This document shows positions 13,344 through 26,482 of a stretch of 64,000 nt of DNA, piece by piece. Below the pieces are notes generated by a model. It had not been told where the DNA came from, did not search any database, and was given only the letters and a program-made list of their open reading frames with translations. Origin of the DNA: Octopus vulgaris. Lineage: Eukaryota. The translations under genes were made by a program, and so were the position numbers. The stretch's first letter is position 1. Each line of letters starts with the position of its first letter. The DNA is taken from assembly GCA_951406725.2 (NCBI GenBank), contig OX597816.1:143468001-143532000 (forward strand), read 5' to 3'.

Positions 13344-14079
13344 CTGGCTGGACCCGTGAAAAATTCACGGTAAATATATAAAATGTAAGCATCTGTAAAT
13401 TGCGTGCTGGTGCCGAGAGAGATATATGCCGAGAGAGATCCAATTCTGTTTCACATATTTTCCAAGTACAGCTGCCTTTGCGCTTGACTCAAGTGTCTTC
13501 GATTCTGTTGATCTCTATCTCTCTTATTTTGAAAATACACTTCTCTTTGGTCTTGGCTCATCTGTTCTATCCTTTGCTGATTTCTTTCCCTCCTATGCCG
13601 TATGATACGCTCCTTCTCCTCTTGGCTTATTTCATTTCTTCTCTATCTCATCCCGACGCGATTTTGATTCCTTATTTCCACCCGCTGTTCCTCGCGCAAC
13701 CGTTCTCTCCTTCTACACTGACGCTCTCGTGCTGCGTCTCTCATGCGATTATCCATATTTTAAAACTTGTTATTAAAACAATAAATCTCCAAAATGATTC
13801 AGAGTGCTTCAATTGAAAAACATACGAATGTATTAGACAGTTTTTGTTTAAAAAGTGAAAATATTTCTGAAATGCTCACCTAATATGCAAGGATACGCGT
13901 GGTTTTGCCTTTATTAACCAGGGGTCAATTTCAGTTCAGTCGTAGAAAGGAATTCAAATACCTATCAGCAACTCCCTCTCCCCCTCTCTCTCTTTCACTT
14001 CCTTGCTCGACAAACTCATCAAATTTAAGTATCTTAATTTTTCTGATTAAAATCGTTGCTGCTTCGGTGGCTCAGTAGA
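13344..14079 (-). mobile_element. Internally deleted Helitron retaining an STPR-like coding segment
   Basis: Minus strand has a candidate 5' A|TCTACT at 14079, a 3' hairpin CCGTGAA-TTT-TTCACGG (13354-13370) and terminal CCAG|T. The internal frame has 23-aa periodic repeats. Confidence 0.7.
13430..13756 (-). pseudogene. STPR-like 23-aa repeat region with two in-frame stops
   Basis: MDNRMRDAARERQCRRRER/LREEQRVEIRNQNRVGMR*RRNE/ISQEEKERIIRHRRERNQQRIEQ/MSQDQREVYFQNKRDRDQQNRRH/LSQAQRQLYLENM*NRI. Not in the ORF track because of the stops. Confidence 0.75.
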
Positions 14080-14892
14080 TATTGGTGCTGAAAAGTAGTG
14101 ATATACACATAGGTGGTGGTTTCAAGTCTCTTCCAGGAATTACAAGAGATCTTGTTAAAATTTTTTTATCTAAGCAACAAAATTTCCTGCAACAATTTCT
14201 TTCTCTTAAGCGTGACACACGCGTCAGGTACGTACAAAAAACAAATTGGCGTATTAATATTATTGATGATATGGTTAAGAGCTTGTATTTGAAAGTATAA
14301 AGAAAAAAGCAATCGCGTGCATGAATAACAAGGAATACAGGTGGCACATTCCAATAAAAGCAACAATCCGGTGCAAGACAACATCCCTGACATTATGCAT
14401 GCATTATTCTAGAGGCCAGCTGCTCAGAGGATGTTTTCTTTAAAGTTATAGGAAAAGGACCATCTTTGGAGAACTAATCAGTAATTTACAGCAGTTGTAT
14501 CCTGACTATACATTCGTATATTTTCAGAGATGCAGTGGTCTATGTAACAAGAGATTTGCATAAAAGCCTTACATACATGCACATAACTCGTTCATATACT
14601 CGCAAGTCCTTTAACTGACTTGACATAAAAGAGCCACTCTGATAAAAAAACTGGCTTAAATTATTGAGTAAACTTAAATCTCGAATAAAAACACATACAT
14701 AGCATATTGAAAATGTGTTAAAGATATTTTACTACAGTGAGAACGACAATGCACTTAAATATCAAACTGAGTGTTTATGTCAGCAATTCCACTCAATCCT
14801 ATAGTATTAATTGATAAAGTATGTTCTTCACTTCCCTTTCCAAATGAAAACCCATACATACAGAAGACACACGCACTGACGTTTTTATTCTT

Positions 14893-15250
<358 letters not shown>

Positions 15251-16202
15251 ATAAAGTTAATATTATATCAACTATTTGTCGTGTAATGTGAAGAAGAACA
15301 CTCACGAGGATGAGATTTAAAAGTGAAGTCGTTACTTTTTTAATGAGAACTAGATATTGTGTTGGCGCACATTCTAAATATTATAAAAAGAAGTAACATG
15401 AGAAATATTATTATAAAAGTATTGGAAATTAAAAACATAGATGGTAATAAATGGTGTTGCTCGGGTAATTGTTAGCGCAGTTAGTGTAATATTAGATTCA
15501 ATGTTTTCTGGATGAAGAAATAAAAGAATATAATTGGCGATAATTAGAAGAATTTCTATAGAAAATATAAAATTGGATTTGTTAGCATAAGGTAAATGGT
15601 AATAAGATAAGTTATATGCTGATATAATTGCCAAAATGTAATTTAATTGTAAGATATGTAAGCGTTGAGTTACTGATGGGTTTGATATACATGTCTACGT
15701 GTAATGTACTTATATGAGAATGGTCACAGCTTACATGTATGCATGTGATTTGAGTCAATTAATATGTACTTATAGAATGAAGGTAGTATTTTTTAAACAC
15801 AACCGAAGGTATATATTTAAGAAATAACGTGAATAAGGAGGAATAATTAGACTGTGGTAAAGGTTGGTGTCATAAAGTATAGAGGAAAACTAAACTTGAT
15901 GTCATTTAAAGATGTAGAGTGATGTACATGATTCTGTCCACAGAAATATCTTAATTGAAAAATTTTCCCAGTTGGTCAAAGAAACCAAAAATCTAACATG
16001 AATTGTTAGTAATTCTCACAGGAAAGAGGAAATGATTTCAAATATTTAAGGGATTTACAAAAAGGAGACAACGATGTTTCGACCAATTAGAATAGCACGC
16101 TTGTTTTAGAGTTGTTGATAATTGCCCTTATGTTTCTCGGACTAAGAGGTAAATTTAATTAGTTAAATCTTGATAGCTATCAAAATAGGCAACAAGGATA
16201 TC

Positions 16203-16324
16203 CAGAGGTTATGCAGTACGATCGTTTCAAGCAACTCTATTTAATTTAACGATGCAATCATTACATCAATTGTATTGTTCAATTAAATGAAGTTGCTTGA
16301 AACGATCGTGCTGTATTACCTCTG
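16203..16324. repeat. Imperfect 56-bp inverted repeat with a 10-nt loop
   Basis: Arms 16203-16258 and 16269-16324 pair on the + strand with 5 G-U and 3 mismatches (counted by hand). Confidence 0.9.
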
Positions 16325-16589
16325 ATTATATACAATCAAATTACAGAATCAAGAATTTTTCATACTTGTCGTTTGTTTAAAATTATAAAATTGTAAGCTA
16401 TTGCTTTATAGCCACTTATAAATTTTAAATTTATTTAGAAACAAATGTTTTACACAATAAAGGATGCAATAAAATAGAACAGAGATATTTGCTTTATTTT
16501 GTTTTGACTTATTTTCTTCAAATCTGTTTCAAGGTTACTTACTGTACAGCGCATTTTATTGCTCAAATTTTCATCAGTTATTGAGCTTC

Positions 16590-17310
16590 TTTAGGCTTCG
16601 ACGAAGGTCAACTCGCCAGCTTGTACCGACGGACATTCGGGCCAGGGCCTATGGACAATTCCCAGAACTCCCTGGCATGGCAGTGTTACAGAGGTGCTTT
16701 ATTTGTTCGGGATAAGCTCTTTAGACATGGTTCTGCGCCTTCGTCGGCTTATCCAAGGTGCGGACAGGACAGTGAACCTGTTCTGCACACAATTGTTCAA
16801 TGTCCGAAGATTTCGGAACTCTGAGCTTATGTCGAACATCTGCTGTCACATCTAAGAAGACTACAACTGTCGTCCGAATCTATAATTAAGATCGTTCCGC
16901 CGCCCTCCCTTAACAGGGAAGAGCAGACCTGTTTTCTCTCGGTAGTAGCTATTTCGAAAGAGGTAGTTTGGAAGACGAGAGTGAAAGGGATTGTGACGGG
17001 CATTTTTATCTCCAGCCTTGGGCTGGTTGACTTTTTCCTTTCCCATATGAAAAGAAAAATAAGGCTGGAGAAGAAATACCTATCGCACGGTGTGTTTTGG
17101 AAAAGATAGAAGTCTGTGGCGTGTTGAACGTGAAAGTACCCGTTTAAGTGAGAACACAAAAGGCAAAAATAAAGTCTTCAGTGTGAGAACGAGGTTTGTG
17201 GGGTCGCCCATGTCCTCCTCTTCACCTTTGTTTTAACATTCGATTTTTTACTTTGTTAATATAATTTTTGTAATTTTTAAAACCTTCATCCTTCACTGTC
17301 AACCCCATTC
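16590..17310 (+). mobile_element. 3' end of a Tx1/L1-clade LINE (zf-RVT region)
   Basis: SLAWQCYRGALFVRDKL...(C)PRCGQDSEPVLHTIVQCP zinc-knuckle region followed by a T-rich 3' UTR. Confidence 0.85.
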
Positions 17311-17319
17311 GATCCCTGA

Positions 17320-19430
17320 TCACCTGTCTGTCCTTGGTTTCGTCCTCTCTCTATTTAAATCTATATGGTTAATAAAGAAAAGAGTTATTGAGCTTCTTGT
17401 TTTATTTTTTGCAAACTTCATTTTTGAAAAACAAAAAAAAACAAAAAAAAAAACGTTTCGCATGTATGAGTGGAGCCAAAAGCACTCGAAATTCTTTGAA
17501 GAAAGGTTCTCAAATTTAGGATATTTTTCAAATGTGATTAAATTTTTGTAAAAGTCATACTTTGAGGCTTTTTCGAAAAGAAGTTTAAGTTCCATATTAC
17601 ACTGCAATTCAATCATTTCCATTTGTAGATTTTCAGGAACAGTCTCAACATCGACATCAAAAGGAAAAGAAAAAAAATTCAAATTTTTAAATGTTTTTTT
17701 TTCTTTAAATAAGTAACTTTTTAATTTCATCCGCGTATTCTGAAAAAATTCTCTTTTCACAAAAATTATTTAAAAATGTAAAATGTACAGAATTGTTTTT
17801 TCTAAGTTGTACTTCAAACAACTCTAACTTTTTTGAAAGCATTTATGCAGTTGCGAACATCAATAATTAAATTATTTTTACCTTGTAGTTTCTTGTTTAG
17901 GAGATTCAATTCCTCTGTTAAGTCAACTAAAAAGCATAAATCAGATAACCATTAATCACTGCTTAATTCAGAGATGCATTTCTGTTTCTCACTCATAAAA
18001 ATATTTATTTCTTCTCTTAATTCAAAAAATCGTTTTAGACAAGAACCTTGTCTTAGCCATCTAACTTTAGTGAAATAGAATACATCACCATATTCGGAAT
18101 CTATTTCCATGAGAAATTCCTTAAATTGTCTATGTTGAAGTGCCTGTGATTGAATGTAGTTTATTGTTTTTACAACATCCATAACATGACTCATGGATAA
18201 CACTTTTGAACATAGATTCTGTTTATATATCAAACAGTGAACAACAAAAACATCATCGCTATGTTTTATTACAGACTCAACTTCTTTCATCAGTAATGTT
18301 ACTGCACCGCTGTTTTTACAAACCATAGCAGGCGCTCCATCAGTTATACCTGAAAGTTTTTCCAAACTTAAGTTATTTTCTTTAAGACAACTGCATTCTT
18401 CAAGCTTGCAAGACTTAGCATTTTCTCAGTAATTTGACACGACTCATTCATTTATTCCACGAGCAAATACAGCAAGTTGAGATATGTCAGGAATATCAGT
18501 GCTTTCATCAAAAACCAGAGCATAAAATTTGAAGTTTTGAATTTTTTTTTGTAGGCGCAGGAGTGGCTGTGTGGTAAGTAGCTTGCTTACCAACCACATG
18601 GTTCTGGGTTCAGTCCCACTGCGGGACACCTTGGGCAAGTGTCTTCTACTTGCCGACCAAAGCCTTGTGAGTGGATTTGGTAGACGGAAACTGAAAGAAG
18701 CCTGTCGTATATATATATATATATATATGTGTTTATATATATGTTTGTGTCTGTGTTTGTCCCCTCAACATCGCTTGAAAACCGATGCTGGTGTGTTTAC
18801 GTCCCCGTCACTTAGCGGCTCGGCAAGAGAGATCGATGGAATAAGTACTAGGCTTACAAAGAATAAGTCCTGGGGTCGATTTGCTCGACTAAAGGCGGTG
18901 CTCCAGCATGGCCGCAGTCAAATGACTGAAACAAATAAAAGAAGCATAACTGAATTTCATCTGAAATTTCATTAGTCTGACGTGACAAAGACACTTTTGA
19001 GAAAGGCTCACTTTTTTCTGGTAAAATGTCTTTTACAACAGCTGATAAACACTCTTTCTCAAGTTCACCGTCTGAAAATGGTTTTATTTTTTTTTTTTTT
19101 GCAAGTAAAAAGCAACTGAATAACTTGCTTGAACAATATTTGACGGTTGTTGAAACATTGAACTGAATATCGTTTGTTCATTTTTAAAGTCAGATTTGAA
19201 TTTATTTAACTTCATTTTCTTTGCATCTTTACTGAACTGTGAGTATTTAAGAGGGACAGTTTTATAATGTTTTCTAACATTATATTCTTAAAAAAAACAG
19301 CAATACTTTCTTTGTGGATGAGACAAATCAACTTTGAGTTTTGGCATATGAAAAAATATTCTTTTCCCCATTGACTGCTAAATTGTTTATTTTCCTCTTC
19401 TGTTTTCCCTCTTTCTTGAACTCATTAAAT
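17320..19430 (-). pseudogene. hAT (Charlie/SPIN, GTF2IRD2-like) transposase pseudogene
   Basis: ALVFDESTD..DISQLAVFARG, ITDGAPAM, HCLI, HRQFKEFL, TKVRWL, LKRFFELREEI, PENLQMEMIELQC and FSKMK. Frameshifted and split by a SINE. A hAT-like subterminal motif near 21930-21950 suggests the element extends further. Confidence 0.93.
18552..18942 (+). mobile_element. tRNA-derived SINE family B (CORE-like domain, internal TA microsatellite, LINE-like tail), near full length
   Basis: AGGCGCAGGAGTGGCTGTGTGGTAAG head, GGTTCAGTCCC B-box, CCTTGGGCAAGTG core and tail GGCGGTGCTCCAGCATGGCCGCAGTCAAATGACTGAAAC. It interrupts the hAT reading frame. Confidence 0.92.
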
Positions 19431-20053
19431 AAATATTAACAGAATTTGTTCAAAAACATTTAATAATCACTGTCAAGTAGTTGTTCCATCTATTTTCTAA
19501 ATTTTATTAGAGAACATAATGTTTAAATTTTCAAATTATAAAATATTAAAGTACACCAGTATATTATGTTAACCAGTACACCAGTATATTATATTATATT
19601 AAGACAACACTGTCTTAATACTTTGAATTATTTATTAAAAAGTTACATCAAAAAAGCAATGATTGTTAATACGAAAGTTTAAAAAACTATCTTTTAAAAC
19701 AGAAAGCAAGTCTTACCTTAAAATTTTTTTTAATGCTTTCAAACAAATTGATTTAAATAAATAATTAAAAAACAAAGACAATTAGCAAGGCTGCATGAAG
19801 CACAAATAACTATAAAATATCATTTCAAACAGTTGTGGGTTAAATGCTATAATCTCTCTTTTACTGACAAAAACTTTTTACATTGGTCACTTTATACAGA
19901 AAAGTATGGTATGCAGTGAAAGCACTACTACTAGAGTTAGAATACTGTATGATAATGTGTATATTTTACTTACATTTGATATATAATACATATGCGCCGT
20001 CTTTCGAAGACTTATTTTAAAGTGTATACATAAAAGTGCATATATATAAAAGA

Positions 20054-20926
20054 CTAGCTTAAGGTGACCCGCTCTACGCGCGGGTAAGAGTGTGGTTGTT
20101 ACATTCTGTTGCTTCCTTTCTGTTTTTTATCACCACATTCTTCCTCCTTGTTTCTCTCTCCTTTCTCTCTTACTTTCCCACTCTCTTACTCTTCCTTTCT
20201 CTCGGACTCTCCCTCGCTTTCTCTTACTCTCTATCTTTCTCTCTCTCTCTCTCTCCCATTTATGAACAACAAAAGATCTTGGATATGTTGAGAAAGAAAA
20301 TATTTTGAAAGATCAATTATAAATATCAAGCAGTGACAACGGAAAGGTCTGCTTCAAGGCAGACAGCAAAACACTAACATTTAAAAGGGACAGACGAACT
20401 TGCGAGCTGAATAAAAAGAAAAATATTGGAAACCAAAGTTTGAAGGGATAGAATCTGAGGGTAGTAGAGTCGCCATGGCTGGCATTTCTTAACGACGGAC
20501 AGCAACGTAGTGGCAGTTTAACGGCTGGCATAAAATTTTGAACTTGATGTAAAAGAAAATTCCTAAACACCAAGTTTTGAAGTGACTCATCATGGCAAGC
20601 ATTCAAAACTTCTTCATCATGGACGACAACACATTGAAGATTTAAAGGCTGGCGCAAATTTTTTAGCTTGATGTAACAGAGAATTCCTAAACACCCGCTC
20701 CTGTAAATTTTAATCCCCTTCCAGCTCCATTTAGACCCCTTTTCACATTTTGGTTAATATAACCCGATTTCATTCGGGTCTACTCGGGTCACATTTTATA
20801 GGATGAGGAATTTTGTCCTAGAGGTCACGCCTTTCATTTGAGGAAAAAATAGTTGCCATGCAAACTCGTCAGCACTTTCAACATAGGTGTGCATATTTTC
20901 AGCTCAACCGACCACATAATTCACAC

Positions 20927-20968
<42 letters not shown>

Positions 20969-20977
20969 TATATACGC

Positions 20978-21053
<76 letters not shown>

Positions 21054-21639
21054 TGTACGCATTATATATACAAATGTATACAAATTATATATATTTATAT
21101 ATATATATAAATACAGATATATACACTTTGTATATATACATTATATATACATATTTATATATAGAACACACACACATAGATATATAAATTAACTCAATAA
21201 ATATCTGATTCATAATATTTGTTCTCACGATTGTGTGGTGGTGGTGGTGATAATAATTCTCTCTATGAATGCAGACAGATGTAGAGAGAGAGAGAGAGGA
21301 TGTGGAAGAAAGAGTGAAGGCGGTGGGGGAAAGATTGTAGACACTGTCAAACGACGTTATAGAGAGAAAGTGAAAGGAAGGGAGGAAAGAGAGAGAGAGA
21401 GACGGAGGAAGACAGGCAGATAAGAGAATGAGAGAAGATTTGTCAAAGTGTGCGTTTTTTGCCCTATGAACCACACCTTTTAAGACAGGGATTTCTAACC
21501 GAGCCCACTCACATCCTCACCTCATTTTACATGTCCGTGTAAATTTTGGAGTCAATCCGACGGGATCTAGTGGCCTCTAACCCGTTCCAATGCCCAAACC
21601 AGACAAAGAAACAAACTTTTTGCATTTCAGATTTATAGA
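20054..21639 (-). mobile_element. Non-autonomous Helitron
   Basis: Minus-strand 5' A|TCTATAAAT at 21639, 3' hairpin ACCCGC/GCGGGT (20067-20085) and CTAG|T at 20054. Inserted between A and T with no target duplication. Confidence 0.8.
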
Positions 21640-22048
21640 TATTGATAGCAAAAATGATGTTCTTAACACTTGCAAACTATATACACGTGCTACGAGAATA
21701 GAGCACTGCTGACAGAATTGAAAGCATTTTGCTTTCTCATGCTATTATTACAATAATGAATGAATGATCGTTGATTCAACATGAAATAATATCATTGCAA
21801 AAACAGTAGTATTTTTCTTTTTTTCTTTTTCAATAGAATCTTTAATGTTTGATAAACTTTAAAAAATGCTTGTTTAAATAAACCCATTTCAAGAAAGCAT
21901 CAATCGGGTCGATCGATAAAAGTCTGTGAGCTGCATGCGGCCTGCGAGCCTCTAGAAACGATAGCTAAGTCTCTTCTTAAATCTCACACCCTTTCGTCTG
22001 AAAATGATTTTGTAATTATAAACAAAAATGGATTGCAGATTCAGACTA

Positions 22049-22631
22049 TCTGTATTTTAAAACTATCATTAAAAAAAAAAAAGAATCGACAAAAAGCCGA
22101 AATTTCAGGATTTATGGAAGGGCGAGGTTAATGAAAAAGTTGTAAAAAATTTCAATATTGTTTTTAAATTGTTTCATTTTCGGTTTGAAATTAAAGAAAG
22201 TGGGGATCAAAATGGTGACCGCCAATTTCTTAAGTTTTTTTTTAAGGCGTATCTTATCGTTTTTAAATGCGTAGTGCAAAAGAGAAAAAAAGTTAGTCCA
22301 AATCGGTACTGAGTGGGGAGAGGGATTTCAAAAATTAATAAATTTCCATAATTCTTTTTTTCTTTCTTTTTTGTTTTTAACTGAAAAGGCGTTTCCCATT
22401 GTTTTTAAGTGCATAGTGCAACAGAAAAAAAAATGACAAATCGGTCCGGAAGCGGTGTAGGGAGATAAATAAATTTTCCAAAAATTTTTTCAATGGACAT
22501 TTCCTCCCATCATTTGCAATAAACATTTCCTCCCATCATTTGAAAAACAAAACTTGAAAATCTCCGTTAAAACCGAGAAAATCTAACTTATGTAGGTGTG
22601 CTATTCCCGGCAACGACGGAATACTCAGCAA
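22049..22631 (+). mobile_element. Probable non-autonomous Helitron (degenerate)
   Basis: 5' A|TCTGTATTTTAAAA and 3' imperfect hairpin TTCCCGGCAACGACGGAA followed by TACTCAGCAAG|T. Confidence 0.5.
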
Positions 22632-22925
22632 GTGTGTGTCTGTGTGTGTGTGTATTGTTAAATTTCTAGCTAGTCATTTTTTTTCTTTCTTGCCAAATAA
22701 ACTCACGCACTATATATTCCTTTTTCACTCGTTTATTATTGTTCTTATTTTATCCTATATCCATTGCCTGGAAATCTTTTGTCACACATCTGTGACCTCT
22801 TCAGTGACTCTTCCATCTACGTGTTTCCTCCTGTTCTCTTTAGTTCATTCTGTGTTTAGAGAATGGACTAAAGAGAACAAAAAACGACCAGAAATATGTA
22901 TATGTATATATATATATATATATAT

Positions 22926-23793
22926 TGGTAAAACGGTAAGATAACAAAAGAAAGAAAGAGACCTCAATATTATGTAAATAGAGGAAATTTATCTATACAA
23001 TAATATGTTACATTACTCGATAGTCAAGATAAAACTCTGAGTTTCAGATGCCGAAGTGGAAATCCACAACACCATCTCTTCGGTTATCTGGCTATTTGAA
23101 AACGCTATGAAAAAATACCGTTATATAAAGGGAAATTACTGTGTTATAACTCTGCTTGCCTGCGTACTTATATATCGCTCGCATTTTTCGTCATAAAAAT
23201 TATATAAAAATACATAAAAAATATATAAAAATATATAAAAATATATAAAATCTTCTTGGGACATAACATAGAAAGCATGTTCTATCTGTTTTCTTTAGGT
23301 GTCGATTATAACATACATTGGAAGATTTTGGCCAGATGTAAGCCCTATACCAACGGCAGCGGAAGGTGCGGTCTATGCGACATGGAGAGGCTTATCTGGC
23401 TTAGACCCTACTACATGTCTACACACAAGGACAGAACTTTTCGGATCATGCCCACATGTGATTAAATTTCTGTTACGTTTTTGGTCTCCTAAAGAAAACA
23501 GATAGAACATGCTTTCTATGTTATGTCCCAAGAAGATTTTATATATTTTTATATATTTTTATATATTTTTTATGTATTTTTATATAATTTTTATGACGAA
23601 AAATGCGAGCGATGTATAAGTACGCAGGCAAGCAGAGTTATAACACAGTAATTTCCCTTTATATAACGGTATTTTTTCATAGCGTTTTCAAATAGCCAGA
23701 TAACCGAAGAGATGGTGTTGTGGATTTCCACTTCGGCATCTGAAACTCAGAGTTTTATCTTGACTATCGAGTAATGTAACATATTATTGTATA
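22926..23793 (+). mobile_element. Penelope-like element 3' end with inverted pseudo-LTR
   Basis: 306-bp near-perfect inverted arms (22994-23299 and 23488-23793). The spacer encodes YNIHWKILARCKPYTNGSGRCGLCDMERLI, a Penelope GIY-YIG C-terminal motif. (TA)n lies on both sides. Confidence 0.9.
23698..23760 (+). ncRNA. Type I hammerhead ribozyme-like motif (mirror copy at 23027-23089, minus strand)
   Basis: Stem I AGATAA/TTATCT, core CCGAAGA, stem II GATG/CATC with inner GTGGA/TCCAC, GAAA, stem III ACT/AGT, GUU triplet. Confidence 0.65.
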
Positions 23794-24005
23794 TATATAT
23801 ATATATATATCGTAACATATATTTGCCAACTAAGCGTGGCGTTCTATACAAGACAGTCCGATTAGTATTTGTGTGGGGAGGTCATCGGTCCCATCTCTAG
23901 CCTTACGTAATATACACAGACTCGAGTTTCTAGTTTGTTACCCGTCCTCAGCGTGTGTTAATCACTAGCTAGCGATGTAAGCTCATTCCACTAGCAAATT
24001 ACTAT

Positions 24006-24081
<76 letters not shown>

Positions 24082-24348
24082 ATATTGTTGTCAAGAATTT
24101 GTAAACACTTTATGGAATAGTGGATCTCGAAGCAGATAAAGTTACAAATAATAGCGTATAAATATTGATAAAAAACTCTTGGATAGAAAAAGTTTATGAC
24201 TTGAACCCACATTTTCTATAAACATGACCGGCGTTCTACTGCTTGGACCAGAGAAATCCTTCGAATTCCTGGCGCCATTTTAGAAATGTTATTTTTACCA
24301 GCGAGAATTGTAAATATCTAACATACTATTTGTTGCTTTTTTTTCCTA

Positions 24349-24565
24349 AGGCGGTGAGCTGGCAGAATCGATAGCACACCGGGAAAAATGCTTAGCAGCA
24401 TTTCGCTCGTCTTTACGTTCTGAGTTCAAACTCCGCTGAGGTGGAATTTGCCTTTCATCCTTTCGGCGTCGATAAATTAAGCGCCAGTGAAACACTGGGG
24501 TTGATGTAGTCGACTTGTACCCTCCACCAACATTTCAGACTTTGTGCCTTTAGTAGAAACGAATA
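24349..24565 (+). mobile_element. Family A SINE, full-length single copy
   Basis: Same head, B-box and core as the other family A copies. Confidence 0.88.
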
Positions 24566-24709
24566 TTTGTAGCTTTTCTGCTTCAAGTTTCACCGTCCCA
24601 AAAAAGAATTATTTCACGTTCTCTCGAAGTTTATAATTCTTATGACGCCAACGACTTTTCTATCGAAAGAGTGGTTTAACCTAATGTTTACAAGCTTTCT
24701 CTCTCTTTG

Positions 24710-24770
<61 letters not shown>

Positions 24771-25873
24771 CCGTCGGTACAGAAGTGAGCTTGAGTAGGA
24801 ACACAGCTGGTTCCCCCTCCTCCCAGCACCTTTTATTTAACGGAAAACCAATTCATTCAGTTTTAAAAGTCTGAAGTCATTGAAAGTATAAAACTGACGT
24901 AATGTTTTCTGGTGAGAATACAACCGTTATTTGATCTCCTGGAGTATAATTTCATGTTAAGCTAGTGTTATTATTATCATCATTTGCATTTTTGTGTTGC
25001 CGTCATTGAATGAAAAATGAACGAAAGAGTGAGTCGTTTATGTTTAATTCAAATATGATTTATTTTTTCTCTCTAATGTTAATCAAAAACTCTTGTTGAG
25101 CATGATACTTTGCAGAATGTACTTTTATGTATAAAAGCGGCCGTTTATGTTAAAATAGAAATACTTTAGTTTAAAAAAAATCTACAAACGAACTAACAAA
25201 ATGTGAATAATACCACAGACCCGGAACCTTGTTTTAGGTTTCATACTATTCTCTTAGATGTTAACGCGTGTATATGTGGGTGTATTGGGATAGAAAGAAC
25301 AGACGTGTAAATACGACAATAATTGACTCTAGCATATTTTTTTTCTGTTTCAGCTCTGCATTTCATCGTTACGTCACTATGAACGTCACACTAAACAGGA
25401 TGACTGTTGCTAATAAGTAATATTTTCTAAAGTTCGCGGGTGAAGAGAGCATTTTTTTTTAAATGCTGTGAAACTGATATGAAACCATTTCGCCAGAGAT
25501 TTCTAGAACTAAGTTAAAAAGAAGAAAAGAAAGCAAAAATATATTATATAGCTGAATAAACTACAATTGTAAAAATACACATCCTAGTGGGTTTCCATAT
25601 TTTGTCGAATGTCATCATCAAGCAGGCATTACAAGTACATGAACGCCCATTCACAAACGTTAAGAAAGGTGATTGACCTTTAAAAAGGTTGAAAGATTAA
25701 AAGTTTTCTCCTTTTAATGTATTCTGCCATGTAACGAAAATTTCGTCTGCCACACATACACACACACACGCACATACATACACACATATGTATAAAGATA
25801 CATACACATATGCACATATATGTACATATATGCACACACATACATACATACATACACACACGTATTTATATAT

Positions 25874-26027
25874 AGGCGCAGGCGTGGCTCTGTGGTAAGA
25901 GGTTTACTTCCCAACCACATGGTTCTGAGTTCAGTCCTACTGAACGAAAGTGTCTTTTGCAGTAGCCTCGGGTCGACCAATCCATTGCGTATGGATTTGA
26001 TTGACGGAAACTGAAAGGAGCCCGTCG
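25874..26027 (+). mobile_element. Family B SINE 5' half
   Basis: AGGCGCAGGCGTGGCTCTGTGGTAAG...GACGGAAACTGAAAG. Confidence 0.85.
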
Positions 26028-26226
26028 TGACGGCGTGTGTATCGTTGGCGATTTTCTTTCTTCGTCTTCCCTTCTTTGGACTTTTTCTATATCTCTGACG
26101 AAGAGCTCCGCTCGAAACGTGAAATCCTTTCTTTTCTTTCCCTTCCTGAGCGTCCAATAACACAGTACCTGTACAACGTCCTCGTGTTGTTGTTTTTTCT
26201 TGCTTGTTCTTATTTGGATTGACTAT
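26028..26226 (+). mobile_element. Penelope-like pseudo-LTR fragment with minimal hammerhead motif (26091-26125)
   Basis: CTGACGA-A-GAGC-TCC-GCTC-GAAACGT. Paralogous to 56960-57172 and ends in (TA)n. Confidence 0.7.
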
Positions 26227-26425
26227 ATATATATATATATATAAAATACAAAATGGGATAAGAACGCAAAACATCCTGACAGCAAGGTGATACAAAAAGG
26301 GACAACAAACATCCAGATAGACAATACAAAGAAAACAAGTTTTCTTTCCTCAGTCAAGCACCAGATTACGCATAATAACGAAATATTAGCGCCATGCAGT
26401 GTTTAGGCATAAGCAAAATTTAGGT

Positions 26426-26482
<57 letters not shown>

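Noticed and set aside
14082-14480. Short non-repetitive ORFs beside the Helitron
   Set aside because: No recognisable motif, broken by stops, and no clear splice signals.
22770-22812. Minus-strand CTGAAGA plus stem II, and similar partial motifs near 2190, 7050-7090, 9525 and 26350
   Set aside because: Half of the catalytic core is missing or decayed in each; at most they are remnants.
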